Positions 63,463-64,000 of a stretch of DNA of 64,000 nucleotides are shown one piece after another; position 1 is the stretch's first letter; each line of letters starts with the position of its first letter. The notes below the pieces were generated by a model that did no database searches, had not been told where the DNA came from, and saw nothing but the letters and a program-made list of their open reading frames with translations. The translations under genes were made by a program, and so were the position numbers. Source of the DNA: Felis catus (lineage: Eukaryota); the NCBI RefSeq assembly GCF_018350175.1, contig NC_058368.1, positions 200,262,001 to 200,326,000 of the forward strand. The letters are read 5' to 3'.

Positions 63463-63732
63463 ATAAGTGTATTCTTAATCCCCTCATCCCACCCACCCAC
63501 ACCTACCTCCTCTCTGGTAACCATCAGTTTGTTCTCTATATTTAATAATTTGGTTAGTTTGTCTCTTTTCTTTCTTTGTTTTGTTTCTTAAATTCTATGT
63601 ATGAGTTAAATCGTATGGTATTTGTCTTTCTCTGACTGACTTATTTCACTTAGCATAATACGCTCTAGATCCATTCATGCTGTTGCAAATGACAAGATTT
63701 CATTCTTTTTTATGGATAAGTAATATTCCATC

Positions 63733-63803
63733 GTGTGCACGCGCGCGTGTGTGTGTGTGTGTGTGTGTGTGTATCTATCTATCTATCTGTCTATATATCT
63801 ATA
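63733..63803 (+). repeat. Compound (CG)n(TG)n(TATC)n microsatellite within L1
   Basis: Directly visible. Confidence 0.93.
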
Positions 63804-64000
63804 TATTAATCTATTGATGGACACTCAGGCTGCTTCCATAACTTGGTTCTTGGAATAATGCTGCAATAAACATAGGGGTGAATATATATTTCTGAATTAG
63901 TGTTTTTGTCTTTTTGGATAAATACCCAGTAGTGGAACTACTGGATGACATGGTAATTCTATTTTTTAAGTTTTTAAGGAACTTCCATAATGTTTTCCAG

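Larger units (their letters stand above)
63255..64000 (-). mobile_element. Carnivore-type L1 3' end running off the window
   Basis: Antisense 3'UTR and ORF2 end (TCTCTGACTGACTTATTTCACTTAGCATAATA...TGCTGCAATAAACATAGGGGTG...ATACCCAGTAGTGGAA). Confidence 0.95.

Noticed and set aside
1..64000. SINE strand bias (11 minus, 6 plus) as evidence of an enclosing plus-strand gene
   Set aside because: The sample is too small, stacked copies are not independent, and L1 fragments occur on both strands.

Overview
AT-rich, CpG-poor mammalian DNA from a feliform carnivore, most likely a cat. The evidence is about 17 tRNA-derived Can-SINEs of the feliform type plus carnivore-type L1 3' ends. I find no credible protein-coding gene, processed pseudogene, RNA gene or CpG island, and all listed ORFs are short and come from repeats, low-complexity sequence or chance. 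The window reads as gene desert or deep intron. It is layered with ancient repeats (L2, MIR, CR1/L3, old L1M, MaLR/ERV LTRs, hAT-Charlie MERs) and younger lineage-specific SINEs and L1s. The best-supported structural observations concern retrotransposition: a twin-primed (5'-inverted) L1 with a perfect 16-bp target-site duplication (TSD), two stacks of serial insertions at one target site, an orphan poly(A) insertion, a micro-L1 with a possible 3' transduction, an L1 nested in an L1, a very young SINE, and a (TTTCA)n repeat born in a SINE tail. Several repeat-free, motif-dense blocks are candidate enhancers, by inference only. I did not find a new biological system that the sequence can support. 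Repeat family names come from recalled consensus sequences, not a search, and old-repeat boundaries are approximate.
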